From: a virus
Lineage: Duplodnaviria; Caudoviricetes
Length of the DNA stretch: 55,444 nucleotides
Virus record (IMG/VR): IMGVR_UViG_3300021247_000931
Location: 1 to 55,444 of that record
Direction: 5' to 3' (one strand)
Shown: piece by piece, positions 54,284-55,444 of the stretch
Layout of the letters: each line of letters begins with the position of its first letter
Position numbering within the stretch: position 1 is the first letter of the stretch
Notes under the pieces: model-generated
Told to the model about the DNA's origin: nothing
Databases searched by the model: none
What the model saw: only the letters and a program-made list of their open reading frames with translations
Translations under genes and position numbers: made by a program

Positions 54284-54699
54284 TTCTTGTCTTGGTTGAT
54301 TGTTGCTTTGAGTTGGTTGAGTTCGGCGCGGTTCTTTTTCTGAGTCTCGCACCTGCTGTTCTCATCCCAGTCCATTAGGGAGTCGTTGGAGTCCTCCGCA
54401 ACTTCGATGGCCCTACGAAGGTTGGCCTTCAGCCTCACGACCACGGCCTCTAGCTTCTGACGCTTCTCATCAAGGTCGAACCACGACTGCTTCCATTTCT
54501 GAAGCTCATCTCGGGAATCTCTATAATGCAGATGCCATGTTCTAACTTCGGATTCTGCTCTCTGACGCGCTCTCCGTTCCAAACAAAGCTCGGTCGGTTG
54601 AACCTTATTTATGTTCGGAGATGTTCCGCACCACCACAGATACCAATTCTTGTTCCATTCCACCCCGCAATTCGGGCACTTCGTCTGTTGATGATTCAT
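54280..54699 (-). CDS. Zinc-ribbon plus coiled-coil protein
   Basis: CPNCG..WCGT..LC; LKANLRRAIEVAE. Confidence 0.55.
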   Translation of the reverse strand: MNHQQTKCPNCGVEWNKNWYLWWCGTSPNINKVQPTELCLERRARQRAESEVRTWHLHYRDSRDELQKWKQSWFDLDEKRQKLEAVVVRLKANLRRAIEVAEDSNDSLMDWDENSRCETQKKNRAELNQLKATINQDKK

Positions 54700-54902
54700 T
54701 GGTCGGACTTCAGGAGTTGGTCATATTCCCCGTCCTGGTAGTATTGTATCCAGTAGTAACGGGCCTCGCGTTCAGCAGATTCTGGGTTGTAAGAGGTGAT
54801 CCCCCAGAGGCCGAGCTTGCAGTCGATGGATCGGCCGCCCTCTGATCGATTGATACACTTCTCAAACTCATCATTGAGACATGGATAGGTCGGGGTGGTC
54901 AT
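54696..54902 (-). CDS. Small phage protein
   Basis: IDCKLGLWG..EARYYWIQYYQDGEY. Confidence 0.6.
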   Translation of the reverse strand: MTTPTYPCLNDEFEKCINRSEGGRSIDCKLGLWGITSYNPESAEREARYYWIQYYQDGEYDQLLKSDQ

Positions 54903-55099
54903 TTCAGCTTCTTCCCAGTGTAGTAGTAGTAAACGGCTTTGAAGGCGTTCTTCAGCGCCTCCTGATCCTCGATATGAGCATGTTCATCTGGCGTGGACTT
55001 CAGACGGCGGAACGACTCAGCGATGGAGATGCCGACGAGCTGATCTTCCTGATAGCCGTCGATCTCGATTTTAAGAATTAAGGGTTTTTTTCTTTTCAT
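54899..55099 (-). CDS. Small hypothetical protein
   Basis: 66 aa from ATG 55099. Confidence 0.5.
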   Translation of the reverse strand: MKRKKPLILKIEIDGYQEDQLVGISIAESFRRLKSTPDEHAHIEDQEALKNAFKAVYYYYTGKKLK

Positions 55100-55280
55100 A
55101 GGGTTTGGGTTTTGTTCTTCGATTCCATAATCTGATTGCACAGGCTTTTGTGTCGCCGCCCCTCTCCCATGTTTGGGCAAAGCAGGTTGGGCAGACCACA
55201 ACATGGCCGTATTGATCTTCGTAAAGATCGGTGCCATCGAGACGAGTGCCGCAGAAAGGGCATGGCTTGAGCGCAGTCAT
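55071..55280 (-). CDS. Lar-like restriction alleviation zinc-finger protein
   Basis: LKPCPFCG..VVCPTC..AIRLWNRR signature. Confidence 0.75.
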   Translation of the reverse strand: MTALKPCPFCGTRLDGTDLYEDQYGHVVVCPTCFAQTWERGGDTKACAIRLWNRRTKPKPYEKKKTLNS

Positions 55281-55444
55281 GAGTGCTTCAGGGTAACGGC
55301 CGTTGTGATGATCAGTGCCCCCAGCCAATAGAGCCCGTCCTTCCAGAACCCCCCGCAGCACTGCCTGGCGCAGTTGGCCGTGTAGAGCGCGAGCAGGACG
55401 TAGTTCAGGAACCGTGGATCCTGCAAGAGAGTGAGGAACTTCAT
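55277..55444 (-). CDS. Small membrane protein (not in ORF track)
   Basis: 55 aa, MKFLTLLQDPRFLNYVLLALY..LYWLGALIITTAVT; ATGA-coupled. Confidence 0.55.
   Translation of the reverse strand: MKFLTLLQDPRFLNYVLLALYTANCARQCCGGFWKDGLYWLGALIITTAVTLKHS

Overview
The window is most of a temperate, lambda-like tailed phage or prophage. The host is probably Verrucomicrobiota; this is inferred from autotransporter-associated repeats, GYF_2 domains and the Ig-repeat style. Left to right it holds a tyrosine integrase and excisionase, a BRO antirepressor, a divergent pair of ribbon-helix-helix regulators and a GYF_2 gene. A long minus-strand late region follows (lysis, tail fibres, tape measure, tube and connectors, an initiator tRNA-fMet, gpE-like capsid, protease/scaffold, lambda-type portal, gpW-like gene). 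An ~11.4 kb plus-strand block of small early-type genes then separates the portal from the gpA-like terminase. The window ends with an iteron-like origin, a helicase and Lar-like genes. Four features stand out. (1) Between portal and protease lie ~6.5 kb of basic, modular, glycine-zipper-rich 'polyproteins' plus a Dps-like protein, all punctuated by a shared (L/F)SAK..RL(R/K)E(F/L) tag. The same tag starts an orphan GNAT-like late gene inside the early block, which suggests a protease-processed, capsid-packaged cargo system. (2) A GTTGAC-N15-17-start codon element precedes most late genes and reveals nested internal genes. (3) A ~1.4 kb stretch free of GATC, TCGA and CCGG carries a duplicated 89-bp element and a sigma-like gene, and may be the first-injected end of the virion DNA. 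(4) The initiator tRNA has C33 in place of the near-invariant U33. All family assignments come from motif recognition by eye; no searches were run.
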